NCBI GenBank assembly: GCA_051942245.1
Contig: JAVECL010000022.1
Coordinates: 1-64,000, forward strand
Direction: 5' to 3'
DNA: 64,000 nt
DNA from: Trypethelium eluteriae
Taxonomy: Eukaryota
Shown here in pieces: positions 48,675-58,901 of the stretch. Under the pieces are notes generated by a model. It saw only the letters and a program-made list of their open reading frames with translations, was not told the origin of the DNA and did no database searches. A program made the position numbers and the translations under genes. The stretch's first letter is position 1. The number at the start of each line of letters is the position of its first letter.

Positions 48675-50324
48675 TCAGACATACCTAAGATACGCAATGA
48701 GTACTCGTCCATCGTGTGGTGAATGTTGATCGATGAAAATAGTTAACCCTACTCTGCTTCGTCCCCCGCGAAAGTCGTGTCTCTTCTTCAGTGCTGTCCA
48801 CATATCCTCCGCACTACCATCTACGTCTCTCTCCCATGGAACGAAGCAGTAGATCTTGTCTCGGATTCTATGTTCTAGAGACCCATCGTCCAGATCGCGA
48901 CGACAATGGAGCTCGTCCAGTACTGCTTGATTTTGTTCCTCATTCAAGTTCCTTGTCAAGTAGAACACTGCTGGAACGGATGTCAGGTAGTGCACTATCG
49001 GACCGGGATCACGAGGGTTCGTCGCAATCGCCGGTAGCCATGGAGGCAAGTCAGGAGGAATCGGGGCTAGAGGGTCAAGTAGCTGTTCCTCGAATTTGCC
49101 GTCGGGCAACCCCCCATCCACAATTAGATCAACGAACATCGTCCAATCATCCTCATCCTCGAAGCGATCACCCCAGCTCTGCAGACACTCGGTAAGTGAG
49201 CCACGCCGTAATAAAATCGGATTGTCAAAGTACCACTGCGCCCAGACAAGGTTATGCTCTTCTGATGTTGGCAAATCGATGAGGAATGTGCACATGGCAT
49301 AGATATAATGATTTGCACCTGTATGGTTGCTGCCGAGATATCGTTTAACTAGTCTCATGATATCTCTGCGATTCGCTGGTGAATGGATCTTCCACTGATG
49401 AATGAATATCTTCCCTTCCCACTCAATTGACTTGGTATTATTGGCCTGTTGAGCAGCATTCTCAAGTATCTTGTGGGCTTCACTGAGTCGGTCTGGCGTG
49501 AGATGGACAAGACTTATCACATCAAGTCGTCCAGGCTTTGGATCGAGCTTAGCTGGAACCGTTGTCAAGTCTTCAAGGGGTCTATCTTGCTCGACCAAAG
49601 TTTCAATATGCTGTTTGATCTCTAGTGGTAATAGTGGCTTCGTTCCGAGCGCCTGAACCGAAGTTTTGGCCAAGTCTTGAAAGAATTCATCGTCCGTAAA
49701 TATCCGTCCAAGCGGATTGGAGAGGTATAATCCCTTTTCGTATAGATCACCCGTGTATGGTATCCCTCCTTGTTCTATTCCACTAGTTCTGAAGTCTCGC
49801 GATTGCCCTCCTCTACCCAACTCCTTCCAATCCTTGAGACCAGTATCGAGAATCTCTTCAATAGCGGCGCGAAGCAGCAGTCGCCTAACGAAGAATGTGG
49901 AGGGATTAGGCCTCTGGTCCTCGGAAGCAGGCTTCAGATGGACAACAATGGCAGTAACCCCATCGACTTCGCCTACCCTTGCCTCTCCTCTTAATTGTCG
50001 GTCGGTCAGGTCATCAAGGACAAGGATGCTAGGCCATTCCCTATCGCGAGCTTTTTGTGCTGCTTTGTAAATATCTGTGAGCGTCCCTTCTGCTCCGAAC
50101 TCGCTTTTCTCAACGTGAAGTATGGGGACGAAAGTAGGTCTTGCCTTAGATGCAAGCTCTTGTAATACCTCATACACTTTGCTCCTGACTACTGACTGCT
50201 TTGCTGAATCGACCAACGAACGTCCAAGAAGTGCTACAAGCAAAGACGGTGGAGTTTCGTGATCCACGGCTTTTTTGCGAGATTTCGGAATCGCACTCGA
50301 AATGAAAGCGCTCGATGAAACCAT
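48675..50324 (-). CDS. hypothetical protein (>=550 aa) with an apparent three-fold internal repeat; continues into downstream exons (3' end unresolved)
   Basis: Long ORF ending at a GTATGT donor (~48684); probable start MVSSSAF at 50324; no recognised family. Confidence 0.7.
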   Translation of the reverse strand: MVSSSAFISSAIPKSRKKAVDHETPPSLLVALLGRSLVDSAKQSVVRSKVYEVLQELASKARPTFVPILHVEKSEFGAEGTLTDIYKAAQKARDREWPSILVLDDLTDRQLRGEARVGEVDGVTAIVVHLKPASEDQRPNPSTFFVRRLLLRAAIEEILDTGLKDWKELGRGGQSRDFRTSGIEQGGIPYTGDLYEKGLYLSNPLGRIFTDDEFFQDLAKTSVQALGTKPLLPLEIKQHIETLVEQDRPLEDLTTVPAKLDPKPGRLDVISLVHLTPDRLSEAHKILENAAQQANNTKSIEWEGKIFIHQWKIHSPANRRDIMRLVKRYLGSNHTGANHYIYAMCTFLIDLPTSEEHNLVWAQWYFDNPILLRRGSLTECLQSWGDRFEDEDDWTMFVDLIVDGGLPDGKFEEQLLDPLAPIPPDLPPWLPAIATNPRDPGPIVHYLTSVPAVFYLTRNLNEEQNQAVLDELHCRRDLDDGSLEHRIRDKIYCFVPWERDVDGSAEDMWTALKKRHDFRGGRSRVGLTIFIDQHSPHDGRVLIAYLRYV

Positions 50325-50628
50325 GATCACCAAATTAAAGCACAACTCGAGACAAGGTTTTCCTTTCAAACAAGATGAAAAAAGGTAAAGAAAACAAGAA
50401 GCAACTGAAACCTTGGATTTTACCCACAGCTCCTGGAGAGCAGGCTTTGTTTACTGCCTTAGGCAGCTGTCCGCTGGCATTCATGGTAGCCATACGGCAG
50501 GCGCCGGGACCACATCGCCAAGGAAACCTGCAGAAACCTTGCGAGAACTACCTGAGTCGTTCCGGTGAACGTTGTCTCTGCAATTTCCTACAAGACCGGT
50601 GTCTATACGGGCAAAGCGATTGTCGGTC

Positions 50629-51925
50629 ATGGTACAGCACAAGATTGCTATCATCGGGGCGGGACCTGCAGGGTGCATGCTTGCCCGCCTCCTCCATCAA
50701 CGCGACATCCCTGTCACCATTTTCGAGGGCGAGTCGTCCCCAGACCTCCGTTCCCAAGGCGGCACGCTCGACCTCCACCAAACCACCGGTCTGGCAGCTG
50801 TCAAGCAGGCCGGGCTCTATGACGAGTTCATCAAGCGCGCCCGCTATGATGGCGAAGCGATGGATTTCTGCGATAAAAAGCTCCTAAGTTACGTGAAAAA
50901 ATCCGGCGGCAAAGAAGGAGACCGCTATGGACGTCCAGAGATCGACCGCCCCGTTTTGCGACGTATGTTGTTCGAAAGTCTTCCGAAGGGAATGATCAAA
51001 TGGGGCCATCGCCTTCGACGAATCGATGAGGACCTCCGTCTCCATTTCGACCAAGGTGTTGAGAGTGGTTATGACCTCATCGTCGGCGCTGATGGCGCTT
51101 GGAGCAAGGTTCGTTCGCTGTTGACAGATGAGACTCCTTTCTATTCTGGCATCTCTGGCTTGTCCTTGACCATCTCCGATGCTGAAAGACGCGAGCCCGA
51201 ACTTTACAGACTGGTGAACAGAGGAAGCCTATTCTCTTCATCCGATGGAAAGTCTATCATGGCTCAGTACATGGGCAGTGGAGAGATCTCCGTCTCTAGC
51301 TGGGCTGTGCAATCTGAGCATTGGCTTGAAGAGAATAAACTTGATGCTCAGAATGCTCGTGCTTGCAAAGCTGTCCTGAGGGAGCACCATGCCGACTGGG
51401 ACCCTCGACTGGTTGATCTAACGCAGAAAGCTGACGATCTCATCGTGCCGCGGAATTTCTACATGCTTCCCGTGGGCAACCGCTGGAAGAATCGACCAGG
51501 AGTTACCCTTGTAGGCGATGCGGCCCATCTCATGACCCCCTTCGCGGGCGAAGGAGTCAATCTCGCTTTCGAGGATACGATGAAACTCGCTCACGCAATT
51601 ATTCGCGCCTCCCAGAAGGGCCCCGAAGCTCACAAGGATGCCCTGCATGCTGAAGTGAGACAATTTGAAGAGGACATGTTCAAACGTGCCAAAAAGACAC
51701 AGCAGCATACATGGAACAACTTGGAGCTCCTGTTCTTAACACCTGGTGCACCACGATCTACAATCGAGCGCTTCATAATTTGTATGTTCGATGCCTTTCG
51801 CTCGCAGTGTGGACATTGCTGACCCAAGAACAGCGGCAGCGAGCGATGAGATTGGAACGTTGCTGACTCCCGTGCTGGCAGTCGCCGTTTACATTTATTT
51901 CTTTTTCTTCAAACTTATTTACTAA
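50629..51925 (+). CDS. FAD-dependent monooxygenase, TetX-like group, with C-terminal hydrophobic tail
   Basis: KIAIIGAGPAG (GxGxxG), RSQGGTLDLH, RPEIDR, DLIVGADGAWSKVR (DG motif), TLVGDAAHLMTPFAGEGVN (GD motif); intron 51782-51833; last exon ..LAVAVYIYFFFFKLIY*. Confidence 0.92.
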
Positions 51926-53067
51926 TTGTGTCATTCCGATGCACGTACAGCCAATCGGCTCCGGTTGGAGAGCTTGTACATACCTTTGCTCCGGCATACT
52001 CACATATCTAGTTTCTAGTCGAAGACGCTTGCTTGTGGGAAAACGCTGGCTTACCCTATATACCTGAGCTCCCGGGCTTTACTCATATTAATCATCCTTC
52101 TATCATTCTGGTTCAGGATGCTGCTTAGAAGTTGCCGCCTCGCCTCGCCGCACGGTCCCTTTGGCGAAGACTTCGTATTGCCAACAAATATAGCCTTTCA
52201 GGATTCATGGCTAATTTCAGCTGTCGCACTGACTCGATCGAGATATCATTAGAATGAAGTCCAGGCCAAGTGGCTGACCCCCAAAAGTAAGAGCCAATTC
52301 TGGTAACACTACGGATAGGAGATGGGTTCGAGGACATTGTGGTAGTGCGGTGTGGTGTAAGCACGATAGCGCCTGGCCCAGGCTCAACGCTCAATGCTAT
52401 AGCGCTGGCTATTAGAAGAAGCTAGGTGGTTGTTGGTACTGCCGCATTTCGCAGCTGAGGGTCCCCCAAATCTTGCTTTAAATCTACCAACCATAGTGCA
52501 GCACCCTTTCCAATCCTTCCTGGGGTCTTGAGTGCTTTCTTTAACCATTAGTTTCAATGACTGCCCAGTGTTTTGTGCCTCATGTCGGTCAACCTTACAG
52601 ATATCTCTGGGAAAGACAGAAAAGCATTCTATCTGGCGTCTGTCAGAATAGGGGTTGTATGAAGGAAAGTATTGCCAAAAGAGACGCTGACGTATCGAGG
52701 GCAGCTTGTGGCAGTTTTGGTGTCACCCGAGGGATGTTCCAAGAGAGTAGAGAAGAAGAAATGAGAATATCCCAGGAAGGTACGAAGCCAGCTCTCGCGA
52801 GTCGCTGTGAGACTCCGGGAGGAATAACACTCCCGCCCTAACGCATGTACTTCAATCTCAACATTCGAAATCAGCGACGTCGATTTGAGCGCTTATCGAT
52901 CACTTGGCCCCCAATAGGATGTGAGGCAAAGAGACTGTTACCGCGTACATCTAATTACCTAGGTATACTAGAAACGAGCGCAGTAGCCCCGCTTTTCGTT
53001 ACAGCTCGCGGACCGATATAAAGCAACACCACGTGGCCTTGGTCCTTTCTGAATCCCAAAATGCTAG

Positions 53068-53890
53068 ATGGAAGATCTTCCGCTCCGACTAAAACCTCAA
53101 ATGTCGTCATCGCCTCCAATCGTCAAAGAGCCCCTCGCGCCACCTGCGATTCCCGAGCACGCCGCCGCCTTCATATTTCTCCATGGCCTCGGTGATGATG
53201 CGCATGGATGGGAGAGTAAGAGAAGCACCTTGACAGCTGGACTGATTTAATGTTAACGATCAAAAAGACATCGCAGAACAGTTCCAAAATGCCAAAAAGC
53301 TTCCGTACTTGCGATGGATCTTCCCCAACGCCCCGGAGAACCGCGATGCCCTGCAACAGGCATGGTACGCGCCTACACCATTAAGTCCATTTCCAAGTCA
53401 ACGACCGGAGCTTGATGATGAGGAAGACGAGGAAGGCCTCAAGAGGGGCGTGGCCTACGTGGATTCCCTCATCGACGAATTGAAAGATCGAGGCATCCCA
53501 TTGAACCGCGTCGTCCTGGGCGGGTTTTCCCAAGGCTGCGCGGTGACGCTGCTCTCTGGCCTGATGTCGAAGCACTCCGGAAAGCTGGCTGGGCTTGTCT
53601 GTCTCTCGGGCTACATGCCTCTGATTGATAAGATTCAGCATCTGCGCAGTGCGGCTGACCATCCGGCGACGATGGGAGAGACCCCCATTTTTGTGGCTCG
53701 AGGAACGAGAGATGTGCTGGTGCCGAGGAGATACCTGACCCTGTGCGTAGACAAACTGCGAGAGCTTGGCGTAAACGACAGCGCGCTGGAGGTTCACGAA
53801 TATGAAGGGTTGGCTCATGCGGCTTCTAGAGAGGAGTTAAGAGACTTGTGCCATTGGCTGGAGAAAGTTATTCCCGCTCTCGAAAACTGA
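53068..53890 (+). CDS. acyl-protein thioesterase 1 / phospholipase-carboxylesterase (start 53068 or 53101)
   Basis: FIFLHGLGDD, RWIFPNAP, LGGFSQG (Ser), GTRDVLVP (Asp), YEGLAH (His); one intron. Confidence 0.9.
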
Positions 53891-53903
53891 AGTTTACCGC
53901 GTA

Positions 53904-54084
53904 CCTTACGGCGGCTGGGGGGTTCATCAACTGGTAATTAATACAATGTTACCTCGGTTTAACTGTTATGACCATGTTGGCCTATGTTAGGGCGGTGTTA
54001 ACATAGACCAACAAGGTCATAACAGCAAAATCAAAATAACATTATATTAGTTACCAGTCGAGGAACCCCCCAGCCGCCGTAAGG
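53904..54084. mobile_element. palindromic MITE-like element, copy 2 (181 bp), TA target-site duplication
   Basis: TA|CCTTACGGCGGCTGGGGGGTTC...GAACCCCCCAGCCGCCGTAAGG|TA; begins 13 bp after the thioesterase stop codon. Confidence 0.92.
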
Positions 54085-54964
54085 TATATTGTGAAATTCT
54101 TCTAACGCTAACGTACTTGACAAGATCCTCAAGAAACATAATGATATTACCTTATCTAATTAACCTCTAGTTACCTCTACTAGGTAGATTTGGGACCCTC
54201 TGCTACTGGGTATAGACCACGTGTCCCGGATTGTTCTGGCATAATACCACATCACTTGTTCTCCCCTAACAGCAATCCGCCACAATGCCGTAATATAGTG
54301 CAAAGAATGTTGGTGCATATACTCATTGGGCGTCGCGCCCGATCTCAAATTGGATTGATCAACTACAATGACGTTACAATCAGAGTTTCCAGGTAACGTG
54401 TGATTTCTTTTACATCAGATATGGTCACGGAGAAAGTCCCGCAACAACGGAACTTGAACACTGCCGACAATTGGCGAGCAATCCAACATGTATCTTCCAT
54501 CCCTGTCCTCTGCGCCATCATTCACGGCTCTCATTCATATTTATGTGCACTTTGCAATGATGGTCTCCGATGTAGAAGCCGTCCCAAGTCACAGAATCTA
54601 CCATAGACAAGCGATGCCAATGCCATCTGTGACGTTTCCCTATTCGTTTAACTAATCGATCGGTTCATTAGTGCATGTTGAAAGTCATAGGCCACGGCGG
54701 GCTACCGGCAATCTGCGAATACTGCCAGTTAGGTCCAGGCATTGACTATGTCAAGCCGGACCTAGTGAATCGATATACTCGTCGAACTATCATCTCAGAC
54801 AACTTATCGTCCTGATAGCCACCTTTCGCTTTGGGTCTGAACACTCCGCCTGCTGTCTTTCGGGTCCATCTCAACATCCGGCGGACTACGATCAAACGTT
54901 CTCGACTGCGAACGGAACGCCGGCGTTTCACAGTTGGAAACGGATTGGTAGACATCGTCGCTTG

Positions 54965-57900
54965 TTACTCTTGAGACCCGTTTCTTAAGTCCATGTGATA
55001 CATCGCCAATACTTCTTCTGAAATCAATCGATTGGGGTGATCTTGCGCGAGCTTCACCCGTTGTACGTTAACAACGTGCTCTAGCAGCCGGACCGCCTCT
55101 AATTTCTGCCCATTCGTATGATATGCTCGGGCTAGCTCATGCCGCGACGCCAGGCGGCCTGGGTGGTCCTCTGCTAGTGTCTCTCTTACTGCAGTAACGT
55201 GCTCCAGTAACTGAATTGCCTCTGCTACCTGTCCATTTGCATGATATGCTCTGGCTAGCTCGTGCTGCGACATTAGCCGATTTGGGTGGTCCTCTGCTAG
55301 TGTCTGATTTATTGTAGTAACATGCTCCAGTAGCTGAATTGCCTCTGCTATCTGTCCATTTGCATGATATGCTGAAGCTAGCTCATGCTGCGACGTTAGC
55401 CGCCATGCGTTGTCCTCTGCTAGAGCACTCCGTACTTTAACAACATACTCCAATAGCTGAATCGCCTCTGCTATCTGTCCATTTACATGATATGCTGAAG
55501 CCAGCTCATGCTGCGCCGATAGCCGATTTGGGTGGTCCTCTGCTAGTGTCTGATTTATTGTAGTAACATGCTCCAGTAGCTGAATCGCCTCTGCTATCTG
55601 TCCATTGGTATGATATACTCTGGCTAGCTCATACTGCGCCGATAGCCGCGCTGGGTGGTCCTCTGCCAGCGAACTCCGTATTTCAACAACATGCTCTAAT
55701 AGCTGAATCGCCTCTGCCAGCTGTCCATTGGTATGATATGCACTGGCTAGCTCATGCTGTGATACTAGCTGTTCTGGGTGGTCCTCTGCTAGCGAACTCC
55801 GTATTTCAACAACATGCTCTAATAGCTGAACTGCCTCTGATACCTGTCCGTTTTGGGCATATGCTACAGCTAGATCGTGTCGTGAGGATAGCAGTTCTGG
55901 GTGATTTTCTGACATTATTTTTCCGTATGTTGCAACAACATACTTAAGCAGTTGAATCGCTTCTGGTACCTGTGCACTCTTGAGATATGTTCTAGACAAT
56001 TGACGCTTCCGTAATAGCAGGCTTGGATGATCCTCTGACAGTGTTCTTCCGCTTGTTGCAACAACATGCTCTAGCAGTGGAACCGCTTCTGGTATTTGTC
56101 CATTTCGATCATATGTGTAAGCTAGTGCAAATTGTGATTCTAATCGGACTGGGTGATCTTCTTTTAAACTTTTCTCCGTCCAGCCGCAGGCTTCTTCCGC
56201 CCATGCAACAGCCTCCTTATACCTTCCGTCGTGCATGAGGCAATGCACAACACTAAGACACAGCCGACTCCATGTCTCTGTCTCAATTTCTCGCCCTTGC
56301 TGGCAAATTCGTACAACGTGTGGAAGATATAGCCTCCACACTGGCTGCGTTTCGAAACTGACGTAAGGAAATGCGTCGGCATGGTCATCTATCGCCTCCG
56401 CGGTAATCTTTCTAGCAAGACCATTGTCCTTAACCCATAGCTTCTTTGCTGTGTGCACTAAACTGTGTATATCGTACACGTCGTTGTCGTCACGTCGGAC
56501 TATAAATGAATATGCGCAAAGCGTCCCGATAGCGCTCTCTAGTCGCTCTTCCGGTTGAAGCGCTGGTAACATTGACCGTGGTATTGCTTTTGGCTCTATG
56601 CATGACATGAATGAGAAGAGCTCCATTGCTGCTGCATCGTGTCTACGAATTTGCTCAAACGACACCGCCCACGTCCTGGCGATCGCATTCACTGACTTTG
56701 CGTATCGCGTATCATCGCGGAACTCCTTAGTGATGAGATTCGCGAGATCCTGCTCCGTGTTCCTTAGTAGCTTCAGATACCGTGAGAGAGTTATCTTGTT
56801 TGTGTTGATATATGAAGCTGCCTGCGTCATCGCCAGTGGGATTGAGTTAAGCTCATCGAGAAGTTCAGTCAAGATGGGCTCATCGTGGGCTAAGTCTTTT
56901 CGAATTAGTAATTTCTCAAACATTTGTTGACGTTCATCTTGGTCCATTTTTACCAACTCAATGACGTTGCTACGTGCTAACGATAGGGCGATTTCTTGGT
57001 GACGGGTGGTGATCAGGATTAGCCCGTCCTCGCTTTGCGGCAAGTAATTCGCCATTCCTCGAGACTGTTCTGCGTGATTGTTGAATAGTAGCTCCTCATC
57101 ATCGGCATTGTCGAGTACCAAAAGCCACTTCCCGGCCTGCTTAGAGCTTAGATAGGACTGCATTATTTCCTTCACATTCGCATCCGAATCCCCCCCAATT
57201 CTTCGGCTTTTCCGTAGCTCTCTCAGTATCTCGTCACATGCCTGCTGGAAACTTTCGGAGCTCAAGGCTGACACCCAGAAAATTGAATATTCCGGCCTGT
57301 TTTCTTTGAGAGCGTAGACAAACTCGAGAGCCACTTGGGTCTTCCCAATACCGCCCAGGCCAGCGAGGGATACTTTCTGGCAATCGCCATCTATAAGGAG
57401 TCTCTGCCTGAGCTCCTGAAGCGTGGTACCGCGGCCTGTGAACTGTCGATTTCGGAGGAATGGGATATAGTGTACAGGGGGACGTGTGTCTGCAATAGCA
57501 TCAGTACATTCTCAGATAAGCTATAACCATGATCCAAAACTTGGTAACATTGCAGGTGGCCGATGATTTTGTGCGGTAGGGTACCTTACCGCGGCTGGGG
57601 GGTTCCTCAACTGGCAATCAATACAATGTTACATCAGTTTAATTGTTATGACCATGTTGGCCCATGTTAAGGCGGCGTTAACATGCACCAACAAGGTCAT
57701 AACAGTAAAGTCGAAATAACATTGTATTGATTGCCAGTTGAGGAACCCCCTAGCCGCGATAAGGTAGCTATTAGTAAAGGATGATCGCGATGTGGACCAT
57801 CGTGTGACAGAATGCAAAATTGGCAGAGACGTTAAATTTTCGCTATGTTCTGTTGAATCCCTACAAGGGTCCTTCCCGAACATCTGGATCGAGTATTGGC

Positions 57901-58901
57901 TGCATCCAATGTTACCAAACTTTGGTCCATATATACTAACCATTTGATGTTTCACTCAATGTGCGTATCTTTGTAACGTCCGGCGGCGGTATAACGCAGA
58001 GCACCTCCTTTGCGTACCCGGCTGCTGTCCCCGCGGCATACGACTGCCACCTCTTGTTTTTATGCGAGTCTGCATAATCGCAGATTCCACGAATTACAAG
58101 ACAGGGAAAGGTGTTCATGAGGCCAGCCGCCTCCATTTCGAAGCAGAGTACGCCGCCGAGGTCAGCGCTGACATTATCCCTCTGTACTCCATACTTCATA
58201 ACCTGATTGCCCGACGCGATTGTGCCGTAGTGTACAGCCAGCTCGCTGGGGCGTGCCTTCCGGTCTTTAGCATTGGCTAGGTTATAAGGCTTTGTCGGAT
58301 CATCCTCGTGATTATATGTAGCTTCGAACAAGACGTCTTCACCAGCATTCTCCCGCAGAAATTGGGAGTTGGTGGCGCTTAGATTCGATACATGCTCTGA
58401 AAGCCTACTCTTTCTTCGAAATTCTCTCGCTCGTACTCTAGCGATCGCACTTAGGAGGATGGAAGGAGGGGAGTTCAGGTGTCCGGTTCGTTCGAAGCCG
58501 CTCGGGTTGGTTTTGCCGAAGTCGTACTGCACCACGCCGCCGAAAGTGCTGTTAGGTTGTCCAACTACTACGTCTCCCAGTCGAATGTCCACCTCTGCGC
58601 TTGGGACGCCGCCGCCGATTCCAACCATAAGGCCGAACCGGAGCCCTCGGAATGTCGCCTTCATCTGAGTAGCGACCGCTGCCGCTGAATTGTTACCTGT
58701 CCGCCCAGCAGGTAGGCATCCAATCACGACATTGTGGCCGCAAATCGACCCTACACTATATATGTTATCGTCATTCTCATCCTGCAGGTCTTCCAGAGCC
58801 TTGTGTTCCTCATCCAGCATCTCTTCCGCCGCTGCCAACTCAATAGGTAGGACACACACCCATCCCACGGTATACTCATTGCGTGCAAGTTGACGTGCCA
58901 T
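54965..58901 (-). CDS. fungal NLR-like protein PNP_UDP-NB-ARC-TPR (one intron 57940-57490)
   Basis: YTVGWVCVLPIELAAA, GLMVGIGGG, EMEAAGLMNTFPCLVIRGICDYADSHKNKRWQ; phase-1 intron joins in frame to DTRPPVHYIPFLRNRQFTGR..GLGGIGKTQVALEF (P-loop), WLLVLDNADD, ILITTR, IPLAMTQAA; 9+ TPR units. Confidence 0.93.
55040..55920 (-). repeat. 123-bp (41-aa) tandem TPR repeat array with high internal DNA identity
   Basis: GGGTGGTCCTCTGC recurs at 55161, 55284, (variant 55407), 55530, 55653, 55776: exact 123-bp period. Confidence 0.93.
57529..57930. mobile_element. putative older degenerate TIR element filling the NLR intron, with MITE copy 3 nested inside
   Basis: ~36-bp imperfect inverted repeat: ATGATCCAAAACTTGGTAACATTGCAGGTGGCCGAT (from 57529) vs reverse complement of the right end ATGGACCAAAGTTTGGTAACATTGGATGCAGCCAAT (to 57930). 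Confidence 0.45.
57584..57764. mobile_element. palindromic MITE-like element, copy 3 (181 bp), TA target-site duplication, intronic
   Basis: TA|CCTTACCGCGGCTGGGGGG...CCCCCTAGCCGCGATAAGG|TA; 87-bp arms + 7-nt loop. Confidence 0.92.

Noticed and set aside
47459..53890. Secondary-metabolite cluster around the monooxygenase
   Set aside because: No PKS, NRPS, terpene synthase or cluster transporter in the window
55040..55920. Regular repeat array as possible CRISPR
   Set aside because: Units are 123-bp in-frame coding TPR repeats without unique spacers; eukaryotic locus, no cas genes
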